This document shows positions 19,327 through 28,776 of a stretch of DNA of 64,000 nucleotides, piece after piece. The position numbers and the translations under genes are program-made. Under the pieces are notes generated by a model, which saw only the letters and a program-made list of their open reading frames with translations, was not told the DNA's origin and did no database searches. Source of the DNA: a virus (taxonomy: Duplodnaviria > Caudoviricetes); IMG/VR virus record IMGVR_UViG_3300021387_000072, positions 32,001 to 96,000 of that record. The stretch is one strand, 5' to 3'. Positions within the stretch are counted from its first letter, which is position 1; each line of letters starts with the position of its first letter.

Positions 19327-20232
19327 TTAAATACTGTCAAGGCCGAGTGAGGCTACGATATGCCTATAATTATTTATCACGCGATCTACATCGTCTTCAG
19401 GCCATTGGATTTTTCTCTGCATGGTATGCCCGGTCTGTTCCAGCTTAAGCGTTGTTTCAGCCCAGCACGTAAGACCACTGGTATCGCCAACTTTGCGCTT
19501 GCATGCAGCAAAGTTGGCTGACTTGGAAAATGTATCGAAAAGAATGCTGGCATCCTTAACGTCCGAGAAAGGACAGCGTCCAGCATTGTAATCTTCCCAA
19601 GCCTTATTAAGCTGTAAGCTTGCTCTGCAAACCTTCTTGGCATAGTCCCTGAGATTCTCATTATCAAAAGAGAAGTCCTTCTCAAGATTCACGTAGTACT
19701 CTTCAAGGTACTTAAGCTCTGCAGCCGTGAAGTATCCGCTGAAAAAATCATCGTACTTCTTCTCTTTATCGTCAGGCTCTTCCGTCAGTGCGCCTGAAGC
19801 CTTGGCTTCGGCGTAGGAATTAAAGCCGCTCTTATCCGAGTCGTAGTACTTATAGAAATTTTTCATGTTGATGATACCCGGGATTTGGGTTATCGTTGTC
19901 TTTTCAAGAAGGAGCTGTCTCCGATCCTCAGAACTTTTCTGATAAACCTCATTGCCGTTCAAGAGTCTCTCCGCTCTCTTCTGTGCAGCGTCCCACATTT
20001 TCTGTGAGAACTCTCTATGATTCTCCCAGAAATATTCCCTGACATCTTCCTTGGTCTGGCACTTACCGAAACAGCTTATGCACCACACATCTCTATGCAG
20101 TTGATCAGTCCATTCCTTATTAGAGAAAAATTCCTTCAAAGGCTTTGGCTGTCCGCACTTAAGACATGCACGTTTCACTTCCGGTGTTGGCTTCTGATTC
20201 TGCGGTGTCGATGTGAGTGTATCGATCGTCAC
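19327..20232 (-). CDS. Zinc-finger protein upstream of terminase (possible small terminase subunit)
   Basis: N-terminal CLKC...CISC; position directly upstream of terL. Confidence 0.5.
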   Translation of the reverse strand: MTIDTLTSTPQNQKPTPEVKRACLKCGQPKPLKEFFSNKEWTDQLHRDVWCISCFGKCQTKEDVREYFWENHREFSQKMWDAAQKRAERLLNGNEVYQKSSEDRRQLLLEKTTITQIPGIINMKNFYKYYDSDKSGFNSYAEAKASGALTEEPDDKEKKYDDFFSGYFTAAELKYLEEYYVNLEKDFSFDNENLRDYAKKVCRASLQLNKAWEDYNAGRCPFSDVKDASILFDTFSKSANFAACKRKVGDTSGLTCWAETTLKLEQTGHTMQRKIQWPEDDVDRVINNYRHIVASLGLDSI

Positions 20233-20573
20233 GTTGCATCATCTTTTTTCTGCTTCTTCTTGTACGCCTCGTTAAAGTCCTTATCGTACTTCTTGAGTTC
20301 ACTACATGGACCCTGGAATTCTGTAACACCCTTCTTCTTCTGAGCGTCATACTCACGCTTCAGTGCATAGAATTTTGCAAGAGCCTCAAAGAGTTCGGGA
20401 GTCTTTGCATACTTCCAGGTATAAATACTAATGCCGTTCACCATCTTTACTCTGGTAAAGGCACACTTAAAGCCGATGTCTTCGAGCCATTCCTTTTCCA
20501 TACGGATCTGCGTAGCATACTCCTTATCGAAATAATGTTTCAGACTGGCAAAGTTTTCAGTAGCTTCATTCAT
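20229..20573 (-). CDS. Hypothetical protein
   Basis: Start reassigned to MNEATENF (GAAGTG RBS) because the longer ORF overlaps tRNA-Ser. Confidence 0.55.
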   Translation of the reverse strand: MNEATENFASLKHYFDKEYATQIRMEKEWLEDIGFKCAFTRVKMVNGISIYTWKYAKTPELFEALAKFYALKREYDAQKKKGVTEFQGPCSELKKYDKDFNEAYKKKQKKDDAT

Positions 20574-20615
20574 GTTTATCACTTCTTTTCTTTTTATCGT
20601 AGCACTTTCGTGCAG

Positions 20616-20698
20616 CGCCGTCTGCAGGATTCGAACCTGCGATCCTTTCGGATTTTTGTTTTCAAGACAAACGTCATAAGCCTCTCGACCAAAACGGC
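20616..20698 (-). tRNA. tRNA-Ser(TGA)
   Basis: Cloverleaf with GCCGTTT/AGACGGC acceptor stem, anticodon loop CT-TGA-AA, long variable arm, GGTTCGAATCC T-arm and discriminator G. Confidence 0.85.
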
Positions 20699-20740
20699 AT
20701 ATGCGTGTTTTGTTGCGGCACAAAACACAAAGCCTCAGAT

Positions 20741-21031
20741 TTAGATGTAGTAAAGGTAGGACCATGATTTTTTGTAATCACGATTGCATACACAAAGATC
20801 TTCATACTCAGTAGGATCAGAGAGTTTATTGCGCCACATAGTACGAAGAGAACCCTGATCCTTCCGGTACGCGTCAGGAAGAAACATAGTGTCAGGCTTC
20901 CACCAAAAATGTTCCTTGCTCTTGCAGCGTGCGAATATGTAGGGCTTTCTGTGAAGTGTGCCGTCTACAAAAGCATTGTGCCATTTCCATTTCTTCTTCT
21001 TGTCAATTATTGACCTCGTATGTCTGTCCAT
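20741..21031 (-). CDS. Basic hypothetical protein between two tRNAs
   Basis: Start reassigned to MDRHTRS because the longer ORF overlaps tRNA-Thr. Confidence 0.5.
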   Translation of the reverse strand: MDRHTRSIIDKKKKWKWHNAFVDGTLHRKPYIFARCKSKEHFWWKPDTMFLPDAYRKDQGSLRTMWRNKLSDPTEYEDLCVCNRDYKKSWSYLYYI

Positions 21032-21081
21032 CTTTATCACTCTTTCTCCATATCGTTTACATACGGCATAGCCGCATAGAA

Positions 21082-21155
21082 AGCCGTCAGTGGGACTTGA
21101 ACCCACGACCCGGTGATTACAAATCAACTGCTCTGGCCAACTGAGCTACGACGGC
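21082..21155 (-). tRNA. tRNA-Thr(TGT)
   Basis: GCCGTCG/TGACGGC acceptor stem, GCTC/GAGC D-stem, anticodon loop TT-TGT-AA, GGTTCAAGTCC T-arm. Confidence 0.9.
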
Positions 21156-21242
21156 AAAAGAGACAGCCTTCTGGCGGGGAGGCTGTCCGAGCGAAAGGAG
21201 GAACATGCAATACATGCTTTATAGGACAACACTATGCCCCAA

Positions 21243-21518
21243 TTACATAGTGTCTATGTCTGAGTTATAGGCTTCGAATTCTATGTTGGCGAGAATATCG
21301 ACGAGCGTCTGTACAAGCTCGTCGTTCTCCATGAATCCGTTTGAAAGATAGTAACGACAATTGATGTTGTTCTGCAGAAAAAGCATTGCACGATTGAATT
21401 CCCTGTCATCCCGCAAATCGTATTCGGTTCCGGTATCAGGATCAATCAGCGACACAGGGCCAACGAACAACGCAATAACATCTTTAATGTGATCTCTGTA
21501 TTCTGGTGTCAGTTTCAT
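21243..21518 (-). CDS. Hypothetical protein
   Basis: 91-aa ORF with GGAG RBS, just downstream of the conserved promoter motif. Confidence 0.6.
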   Translation of the reverse strand: MKLTPEYRDHIKDVIALFVGPVSLIDPDTGTEYDLRDDREFNRAMLFLQNNINCRYYLSNGFMENDELVQTLVDILANIEFEAYNSDIDTM

Positions 21519-21534
21519 TTTATCGTCTCCGCTA

Positions 21535-21579
21535 CTTCTCTTCTCCCATTATAGCAATTCTCGAATGAGGAGAAATTTT
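21535..21579 (-). promoter_or_regulatory. Conserved 45-bp promoter/operator motif, copy 1
   Basis: Reverse complement is identical to 43636-43680; contains an extended -10 (TGcTATAAT). Confidence 0.7.
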
Positions 21580-21645
21580 TCTGGTTTTGTATGAAGAAAA
21601 ATTTCCTGTTCGGAAATGGGAGAAAGTTTTCTGGGAGAGCTTCCT

Positions 21646-21686
21646 TCTTCTCCCATTATAGCAATTCTCGAATGAGGAGAAATTTT
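21646..21686 (-). promoter_or_regulatory. Conserved promoter/operator motif, copy 2
   Basis: 41-bp exact direct repeat of copy 1, 107 bp away. Confidence 0.7.
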
Positions 21687-21775
21687 ATCATGAGATTTGA
21701 GGAGCATGATAAAATTTTGAACTCGTGACTAAAAGGAACGAGGAGAAATTTCTATGTAATCAGGAGTAGAAGAAG

Positions 21776-22099
21776 ATGAAAGAAGACGTACTGTATCTTT
21801 GCCAAAGGATTGCCATAATGAGGAACATTCAAGGCATCTCTCAATCGGAGTTGGCGTACTCAGCCGGTATATCAAGGAATGCACTGAGCGATATCGAGAT
21901 GGGAAAGTCTGTACCGAAGGTCAGCACAGTGATCGACATATGCGATGCTATGAAGATAACCTTCGGCGATATTATGCCGCCAAGGCTATACCCAGCCCCG
22001 CTATCGCCAAGCACGAAGCGCTGGGTGCGCGACGTGCTGCAGGCGATGCGGGGAGTAAACATGGCAGACGTGGAGATTCTGCTAACCAGACTTGGCTGA
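21776..22099 (+). CDS. XRE-family helix-turn-helix transcriptional regulator
   Basis: GISQSELAYSAGISRNALSDIEMGKSVPKVSTVIDICDAM is a canonical HTH_3 pattern. Confidence 0.85.
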   Translation: MKEDVLYLCQRIAIMRNIQGISQSELAYSAGISRNALSDIEMGKSVPKVSTVIDICDAMKITFGDIMPPRLYPAPLSPSTKRWVRDVLQAMRGVNMADVEILLTRLG

Positions 22100-22183
22100 C
22101 AAAGTTTTCAGATGCACTACAATATGCAGGCACCTTGTGCCGTCTTTCCCGGAGAAATCTGATGTAGACGTATGGAGTCTTTT

Positions 22184-22351
22184 ATGCGTGATCGTAAATT
22201 GCAGAGAGAGGTAAAGAAGTATGGACTGCCAGAGAAGAGAGACAAGTGTGGGGTGAAGGATCCTACACCTTATCAGGCTATGGTGAACATACTGCTGGAG
22301 GAAGCACGGAAAGAAGGGTTAATAAAAAGAAAGCCGGAGGCTCGATATTAA
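22184..22351 (+). CDS. Small hypothetical protein (55 aa), not in the ORF track
   Basis: GGAG RBS; MRDRKLQ...KDPTPYQAMVNIL... Confidence 0.5.
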   Translation: MRDRKLQREVKKYGLPEKRDKCGVKDPTPYQAMVNILLEEARKEGLIKRKPEARY

Positions 22352-22373
22352 GATCGAAGCCCCGGCTTTCTTT
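22327..22373. terminator. Bidirectional terminator between convergent genes
   Basis: AAGAAAGCCGG/CCGGCTTTCTT inverted repeat. Confidence 0.55.
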
Positions 22374-22385
22374 ATGTGTGTAGTT

Positions 22386-23114
22386 TTAGAACGGAATGGT
22401 ATCAGAGTGATGCACTATGACAGGTGCATGAGACCACCATGGTGCTTCATTCTCTACAGGCGTTATATCACGCATAACCCTGTAACCCTGACGGATATAG
22501 AACGGTGCTTCACGAGCAGGCTCATCATCATCAAGCTGATCTGGATTATCCCATTCGTCAGGATCAAGACCAAGATCATCTTCTTCTTCCAATTCAAAAG
22601 GCATTGGAAATGAAGGACCAGTGTGAAAGAAATTAGCAGCACTAGTACGTTTCTCGATTAAAGTACGAGACCAGTCTTCAATAGCGTATACTTCAGTCCA
22701 GTCAACATCGTACATGACGAGTATATTCTTATGCTTCTGATATTTTAATGCAGTGATAACTTCTTCAGCGTCAACAGCATACTTATGTCCAAGAACTACT
22801 ATAGGCAAAGACATACTGCCACGTTTGAACAGTGGGTCAACTTCTTCATCAGTAAGACCGCCACACCACTGTTCTTCTTCTTTTCGTGTTTCATAGTCAT
22901 ACACCATCTTATCATAATCCAAGTTAGCATTTATAAATGCATCCTTTAACTTCTTTGTTAATTCTGGATTCGACTTAGGTGCTGGGATTATGACTATGCT
23001 ACTAGAGAAAACATGCTCTTGAGCATAACCATAAAAGTCAATCATGTCTTTTTCATCAAAGTACTCACTGTGAAATTCACCTTGATGATATATAGGATTA
23101 AATACTGTTTTCAT
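22386..23114 (-). CDS. Acidic hypothetical protein ending in DTIPF
   Basis: AAAGGA RBS before MKTVFNP; 242 aa. Confidence 0.6.
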   Translation of the reverse strand: MKTVFNPIYHQGEFHSEYFDEKDMIDFYGYAQEHVFSSSIVIIPAPKSNPELTKKLKDAFINANLDYDKMVYDYETRKEEEQWCGGLTDEEVDPLFKRGSMSLPIVVLGHKYAVDAEEVITALKYQKHKNILVMYDVDWTEVYAIEDWSRTLIEKRTSAANFFHTGPSFPMPFELEEEDDLGLDPDEWDNPDQLDDDEPAREAPFYIRQGYRVMRDITPVENEAPWWSHAPVIVHHSDTIPF

Positions 23115-23447
23115 AATATGTCCTTTCTGTGTTTTTGTTATTGGTATTGTAATGAAGTGGGGAAGTGGAGTCAAGGAGTTGTAAAGGATTCAGATGAAGG
23201 AATGAGTTGGAAACGGAAAATGAGTTGGAAAAGATCAGTTACTTGCATCCGTTTGGGTGCCGAAACTTTCGAACGGTAATCCCCACCCCTCCGCTCGAAA
23301 GTCATCAGTGCAAGACGTTGTGCTGATGGTTGACGGTGCGGCTGAATCCGCACGTAGCATAAGGCTGGCTGGTTGCTAAAAACCAGCAAAATAAAATATC
23401 CGCAGACACTAAACCACACTGCGGATAATGGAAGGAGGTTCATCTAT

Positions 23448-23837
23448 ATGATGAACTATAATATTTATTCCTATCAGTGGGAGATTATACACTCCCACGA
23501 CGAATTCTGCAACTACACTGAGTTTTCCAAACTCAGTGAGAGCGAGCAGAATGAAATTCTTCATACTCTGATCTCCTATGATCAGGGTATGAGAAGGATT
23601 GATATGGAATTTCGGGATGTTCAGTCCCGGAATTCAATCCTCCTCGCTAAAGGCGAGGACATGGACATCGTTGTCGACTCCATGTGGGCGACGATGCAGG
23701 CCATGGACCGTGACCGTGGCAGGCTTCATAGTAAAGCCTGCGCGGTCCTGCATAAATATCCACGGGTTTTCCCGGGGACTTGGCCCAGGGAAAGGATTAC
23801 CGCCTGGATTAGAACCATTCAGGAGGTGACTGACTAA
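23448..23837 (+). CDS. Hypothetical early protein
   Basis: Strong AGGAGG RBS before ATG at 23448. Confidence 0.55.
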   Translation: MMNYNIYSYQWEIIHSHDEFCNYTEFSKLSESEQNEILHTLISYDQGMRRIDMEFRDVQSRNSILLAKGEDMDIVVDSMWATMQAMDRDRGRLHSKACAVLHKYPRVFPGTWPRERITAWIRTIQEVTD

Positions 23838-24079
23838 CGTTGATGGATGGACATACAGTCAATAAAGACTGTCTGTCCATTAAAACCCCTACTGTCGTGA
23901 GACAGGAGCTGGTCCAAAGGCCAGGTAAAAGTCGTGTTTGGAGAATTCGCGTGCTTGCCTGCGCGTAGAGTTAGGCAATGGGATCACAACCAATAGTGTA
24001 AAGCTGTAACTCAGCAATATAAATGTCCCGGAGTGGTACAAGCACTCCGGGGACAAATGCGGTGAAAGGAGAGAATGCC

Positions 24080-24241
24080 GTGGATCACCGCTTCACTGTG
24101 GCTGCTGAGATGATCCTTTGGTTCGTCCGCCAGACGAAAAAGGATTTGATCATCTTTGCAGCAAGAGTTGCTTCTGGCAAATATGAACTGGTTTGGTCAA
24201 GCGATTTGCTTGAGTTCATGTTGATGCCAAAACACAACTAA
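24080..24241 (+). CDS. Small hypothetical protein
   Basis: AAAGGAG RBS before GTG at 24080. Confidence 0.4.
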   Translation: MDHRFTVAAEMILWFVRQTKKDLIIFAARVASGKYELVWSSDLLEFMLMPKHN

Positions 24242-24304
24242 CTCTTTCTGAGAGATTCCACTCTCTCAGATCACATCCTATAGCAGAGAGAGGAATCTGT
24301 CAAC

Positions 24305-24373
24305 ACGTCCTTGGGCATGACGTTAAACTGCCCTTTGATTATATAAAGACCTGGGCATGTCTCTAAACTGTCT
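24305..24373 (+). ncRNA. Two tandem H-type pseudoknot motifs upstream of RNA polymerase 1
   Basis: ACGTC-cttGGGCAt-GACGT-taaac-TGCCC and AGAC-ctGGGCAt-GTCT-ctaaac-TGTCT; the first stem covaries between copies. Confidence 0.45.
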
Positions 24374-24398
24374 AATAAAGATAAAGGAGTGTGCAGAC

Positions 24399-27104
24399 GT
24401 GTACATTCTTAAACTTGATGCCCGTCAAAAGTTCGGCTTCGCTGCCGGTGCTGCTGATCCGTTTGAATCTGTTGGAAACGAGTTTCACAATCCCGTTGTT
24501 GTGAAGCTCGGGTCCAATAAGGTTGAGAGGCAGGATCGTATTCCTCTGCCTCGGTATGGGATTCTCCGCGTCAATTTCAGACGCATCGCTATCCCCGACG
24601 AACTCGACAAGGGCTTCAACCCTGATCTCGACCTCTGTCAGGCAGAGGCCGAAGCCCGTGCTCAGCTTTGGCGTGAGCAGGGGTACATCGACCTCTTTGG
24701 TCGCCATTACGTCTTGCTCGATCAGAGCAGCAATGGCGTAAAGGTGGCAGAGGCTGAATTTATCCTTGATGGCTACCGCGATGCCTACCTTGATTGGTGG
24801 CACTGCGGGATGAAGCTTCTGGGTCTCGATCTCCATACTCAGGTGGAGAAAGACGCCAGGGCTACAACTACATGTCTTCCACATTGTTATTACTTTGGGG
24901 AAGATGGATCCATTGAGTATCTTCAGGGCCTGATTCCCGAAATGATCATCGACGACATGGTTATAATGCCGAAAGTGGTCACGGGAAACCACCAGGCACT
25001 TGAAGGAAAAACACGTCTGTTCAACATGACAGACAAACCTGTAGAAGGTGTAGAGCCTGGTCAGGTTGGTATTTCATCTGAAGCATGGGAAGAAACAGAC
25101 TCTGATGGTGGCATCTGGTACGTACTAGATGACACCAAAGAGGATGAGAACTCCCGTAAAATCAAGACCATGGCAAAACAAGGCAAATTCATCTCCTACA
25201 CAATCAACGCCGCTGGCGAAAAAGGTTGTGTAAATATTATCCTTAAATCCACTTTAATTTCCTTCCTTGAAGAGGAAATTAAAGATGGATATATTAAGGA
25301 ATATAAGAGAGATGAAGCCGGGAATCTCATCGCCGCATATACAGAGAACGCGTGGCATGAGAAGGTCAACTTTCTTGGAAAACCACTGTTCGGGACGCCT
25401 GATACCTTTAAGTGGTTCAAGTCTCAGGACTTCAAAATCCCTGAGGGCTGGAGCCAGTTCATCGAAGGATTTAACTCTTATGGACACACCTTTGACGTGT
25501 CCGTAGTTCCACATGTCGTTTGGCGGCATATGCCGTACCAGATGACACTGGGACTCATCCAGTCTAAAGAAGATGCGGATTGGATGATTAATCGTGAAGT
25601 GTCAAATCTTAATTCATACAAAATCCCCGAGGAAGCTGCAAAGCTCCTGCCTAAGTGGATGAGGGAAGCTTTGAAAGTTTACCCCGAACTCTGGCAGGAC
25701 AAATTCTTCCGCTTTTGCGCTCAGGCTGCTTATACAAAGAAGCGTTGGGCCGCAATGGCCGGGAAGCTTGACCGTATGGGAAAATACTTCTTCCTTGCTC
25801 CTGATACTGTCGGTATCTTTAGGGCATGGTGTGGTGACAATCGTCCCTACATCCAGGCTGGTAATATCATTCAGCCTGGTTGTGAGGAAGGAAAGCGAGT
25901 CGTTATGGCTCGCAATCCCTTCCCCGGGATCAATTTCTGTCTCAGAACCCGGCAGAAGATTGATGAAAAGTATTATGGGTTCTACACCTCTAACACTGTT
26001 TATGTTTCCATGCTGGACGATAGCATGGTACGGATGCAGGCCGACTTCGATGGTGATAAGGTGTTCATCATCGAAGACGAAGAGGTATATGCCATGGCTG
26101 AGAAAGCCCTGAAGGCTACTGGATATCTCACCGTGAGGTGGGCCAAGCCTGATGGACATAAGCAGCCTTACTCTGATGAGGTTTTCTGGAATCATGTTCT
26201 TGAAGCCAATACGTCGGAGGTTGGCATAATCTGCTCGGGTATAGTCAAAGTTCGTGCTGTGGACGCACAGCAGAACAAGGACTGGGAAACCAGTACCGCC
26301 TATGATCTTGAGAAAAACGCCATAGGCGAAGCAGCGTGCACCTTGGACATCGACGCTGCCAAAGGTACTGGTGCGAAGGTCCAGGCATGGTACGCCATTG
26401 CAGAAGGCAAAGCATATAAATATGCCAAGCGCCCTCTCCACATGGCGTATCAGAAGAGTTCTCCTGCTCCTAATACTGACGAAGCTGTCGAGAAGAAATG
26501 TAGGGAGTTTGAGAAATCAAACTACTACGGACATCATCTTCTCGATTATGCCACACAGATGATTGGTGTCCTTACGGATGAAACGCTGTATGTGGACGCA
26601 CATAGCAGCGAAGAATTCAGGTATCTCAAGCTGACCAGCGATCCCAAGCATACAAAAGGGAAAGCTGGTCTGGCTGACCTCCTGAGTGAGGCCATCAAGG
26701 AGTTCCGTACCGAGTACGCACGTCTGTGCGCAGCCACGGACAACTCCATGGCTACGAGCGAATTCACGAAGAGGTATTATGAAAACCTCAGAGTGAAGAT
26801 CCTCGCAAGAGGGTTCAACGCTGGCATGACACAGGAAGAAACTGTCGATGCCCTTATCAAGACCGTTTATAACGGCTATAAGGACATCGATATTGCTGCT
26901 CACGAGAAGGAGTTCCGCATTCTGTGGACTTGCTTCGGTGAGGAGCTGGTAGCAAATCTCAAGGCTAATCAGGGAATCAAGAATGAAGATATTGACAACC
27001 CTGAAGATGCCTATTGTCCTGATGAATCTGAAGAGGACTTCGCTGTTCTCGACGAAGACATGTGCTTCGCCGATGAAGGCGATGGCTTCTTCATGGACGA
27101 GTGA
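24399..27104 (+). CDS. Single-subunit double-psi-beta-barrel (YonO-like) RNA polymerase 1
   Basis: Catalytic MQADFDGD, upstream ARNP, DSDGG and KG motifs, IDAAK; about 900 aa; AAGGAG RBS before GTG at 24399. Confidence 0.75.
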   Translation: MYILKLDARQKFGFAAGAADPFESVGNEFHNPVVVKLGSNKVERQDRIPLPRYGILRVNFRRIAIPDELDKGFNPDLDLCQAEAEARAQLWREQGYIDLFGRHYVLLDQSSNGVKVAEAEFILDGYRDAYLDWWHCGMKLLGLDLHTQVEKDARATTTCLPHCYYFGEDGSIEYLQGLIPEMIIDDMVIMPKVVTGNHQALEGKTRLFNMTDKPVEGVEPGQVGISSEAWEETDSDGGIWYVLDDTKEDENSRKIKTMAKQGKFISYTINAAGEKGCVNIILKSTLISFLEEEIKDGYIKEYKRDEAGNLIAAYTENAWHEKVNFLGKPLFGTPDTFKWFKSQDFKIPEGWSQFIEGFNSYGHTFDVSVVPHVVWRHMPYQMTLGLIQSKEDADWMINREVSNLNSYKIPEEAAKLLPKWMREALKVYPELWQDKFFRFCAQAAYTKKRWAAMAGKLDRMGKYFFLAPDTVGIFRAWCGDNRPYIQAGNIIQPGCEEGKRVVMARNPFPGINFCLRTRQKIDEKYYGFYTSNTVYVSMLDDSMVRMQADFDGDKVFIIEDEEVYAMAEKALKATGYLTVRWAKPDGHKQPYSDEVFWNHVLEANTSEVGIICSGIVKVRAVDAQQNKDWETSTAYDLEKNAIGEAACTLDIDAAKGTGAKVQAWYAIAEGKAYKYAKRPLHMAYQKSSPAPNTDEAVEKKCREFEKSNYYGHHLLDYATQMIGVLTDETLYVDAHSSEEFRYLKLTSDPKHTKGKAGLADLLSEAIKEFRTEYARLCAATDNSMATSEFTKRYYENLRVKILARGFNAGMTQEETVDALIKTVYNGYKDIDIAAHEKEFRILWTCFGEELVANLKANQGIKNEDIDNPEDAYCPDESEEDFAVLDEDMCFADEGDGFFMDE

Positions 27105-27157
27105 CTTTGAAGAGGGAGTGCTGGACTCTACATCCAGCCTCCCTCTTCTCGTTCCCC

Positions 27158-27219
27158 TCCCGCCTGATGAGGGTTAGTGCCAAGCTGGTGACTTGGCGAA
27201 ATGCGAAAGCATAGCGGGA
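27158..27219 (+). ncRNA. Type I hammerhead ribozyme-like element with an 8-nt insertion before stem II
   Basis: TCCCGC-CTGATGA-[gggttagt GCCAAG ctggtga CTTGGC]-GAAA-TGC gaaa GCA-TA-GCGGGA. Confidence 0.5.
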
Positions 27220-27332
27220 AACCAGAAGCTTCATCCCGTACAGAGAACTTTTTATGTTCGTCCGAGTTGGCTGATGACGATCAGTGTGAGTGCAACTCTT
27301 ACAACGGGCAAATATATGGAAGGAGGTTGACC

Positions 27333-28226
27333 ATGATGGCAACCTTTAAGAAGTTTTCTGTTTCTCTTGTTAACAGCGAAGGCAAAGAAGTTTATTTCTC
27401 CTTTGCTACGCAGGCCGAAGCAATTCAGTTTTGCCAGGCCGTCCGCTCTGGTTCTAATCAGGTAATTAAGACCTGGAAGTGGAACCAGGATGCCGGCAAA
27501 GCCGAGCTGGTTGATCTGGACAACCAGCCGGATCTCGCCGTCAAGGTGCTGTGGCAGGCACCTGATGGGAGTAATGGCGACCGCGAAATGCCCACCATTG
27601 GTGAGGCAGAAGACGCGGTTCGCCGCGCAATCGGCAAAGGCTTCAAAGCCTACTATACAGTAGGCGGCAAGGCATTTATGCCTGCAGATGTAAAGCCTGT
27701 AAAGCCTACTCCCGCTGCCTTTCCTGCTCCCGTGGAGCAGAAAGCAGCAACCGCTCCCGCTGCTCCCAAGCAGCCCATGGAGGTCCACATCTGGACCGAC
27801 GGAAGCTGCAAAGGTAATGGCAAAGCAGAAAACCGCGGTGGCTGGGCCGCGGTTCTGGTGTGTGGCGAACACCAGAAAGAGATAAGCGGTGGTGTCGCAA
27901 ACACCACCAACAACAGGATGGAACTTCAGGCTGTAGTTGAAGGGCTGAAAGCTCTGAAATTCAAAGCCGAGGTTACCATCCATTCAGATTCGGCCTACTT
28001 CTCTAACGCCATCGAAAAGGGATGGCTTAAGAAGTGGCGCTCGGCAGGCTGGATTAATGCCCAGAGAAAGCCTGTTGAAAACCGTGACCTCTGGGAGGAG
28101 TTCTGTGCACTCTCCATAGAAAAGTGCACACACCTCCACGTTGAAAAGGTTGCCGGTCATGCCGGTAACCCCCTCAACGAAAGGTGCGACACGCTTGCTG
28201 TAGCAGCAGCAAGCGCTGTCGAATAA
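27333..28226 (+). CDS. rnhA: Ribonuclease HI with an N-terminal extension and Pro/Ala linker
   Basis: WTDGSC, GGWAA, TTNNRMEL, SDS, W..W...GW, VENRDLW, KVAGHAG..LNERCD motifs; AGGAGG RBS before 27333. Confidence 0.9.
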   Translation: MMATFKKFSVSLVNSEGKEVYFSFATQAEAIQFCQAVRSGSNQVIKTWKWNQDAGKAELVDLDNQPDLAVKVLWQAPDGSNGDREMPTIGEAEDAVRRAIGKGFKAYYTVGGKAFMPADVKPVKPTPAAFPAPVEQKAATAPAAPKQPMEVHIWTDGSCKGNGKAENRGGWAAVLVCGEHQKEISGGVANTTNNRMELQAVVEGLKALKFKAEVTIHSDSAYFSNAIEKGWLKKWRSAGWINAQRKPVENRDLWEEFCALSIEKCTHLHVEKVAGHAGNPLNERCDTLAVAAASAVE

Positions 28227-28522
28227 CCCATTCCCCAATGACGAAGGGGCCTTGTCAGTTTACTCTGACTTGGCCCCTTTCGTCAACCCGCAGAGCACAC
28301 CCTTCGGGGTGTAATGCCCCACTCATAATACGGGCTTGTGAGTGCTGGTTGCAAGGCCAGACAAGTCAAATGCCGCAAGCTGGTGCGTAATCCAGCAGCA
28401 ATGTGAAAGCCATTGCCACCGCAAGGTGTACGAGACTCCCGGTAGGAGTGACAGTCAGTATCGCACCAATACAACTTAAGCCCCGGTGCTACCAACACCA
28501 GGGCCGGAAAGGGGGATAACCA

Positions 28523-28639
28523 GTGAAGTTCTATTACACTGGCTACTCCGTCATGGGCCGTCTCCATGACGGAAGCTGGATGCCCTTCGCCACAGAGGAA
28601 GAGTACCGCGAGTACTATAACTCCGAAAGCGAGGACTAA
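28523..28639 (+). CDS. Small hypothetical protein (38 aa), not in the ORF track
   Basis: AAAGGGGG RBS with GTG start; MKFYYTGYSVMGRLHDGSWMPFATEEEYREYYNSESED. Confidence 0.55.
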   Translation: MKFYYTGYSVMGRLHDGSWMPFATEEEYREYYNSESED

Positions 28640-28776
28640 TCCAAAAAGTCCGAAATGAATTCTAGCATAGGTGCTGCTGGAATGCAACCTGGGTGCAGCC
28701 GGTAATCTGCACGTAAGACTGCCTTGCTGGTGGGAGGTCAAACCAGTAATTATTATTTTATACTGGAGGTACCATT

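Noticed and set aside
20574-21127. N-terminal extensions of ORFs 20229-20765 and 20741-21127
   Set aside because: They overlap well-formed tRNA genes; downstream RBS-supported starts were chosen.
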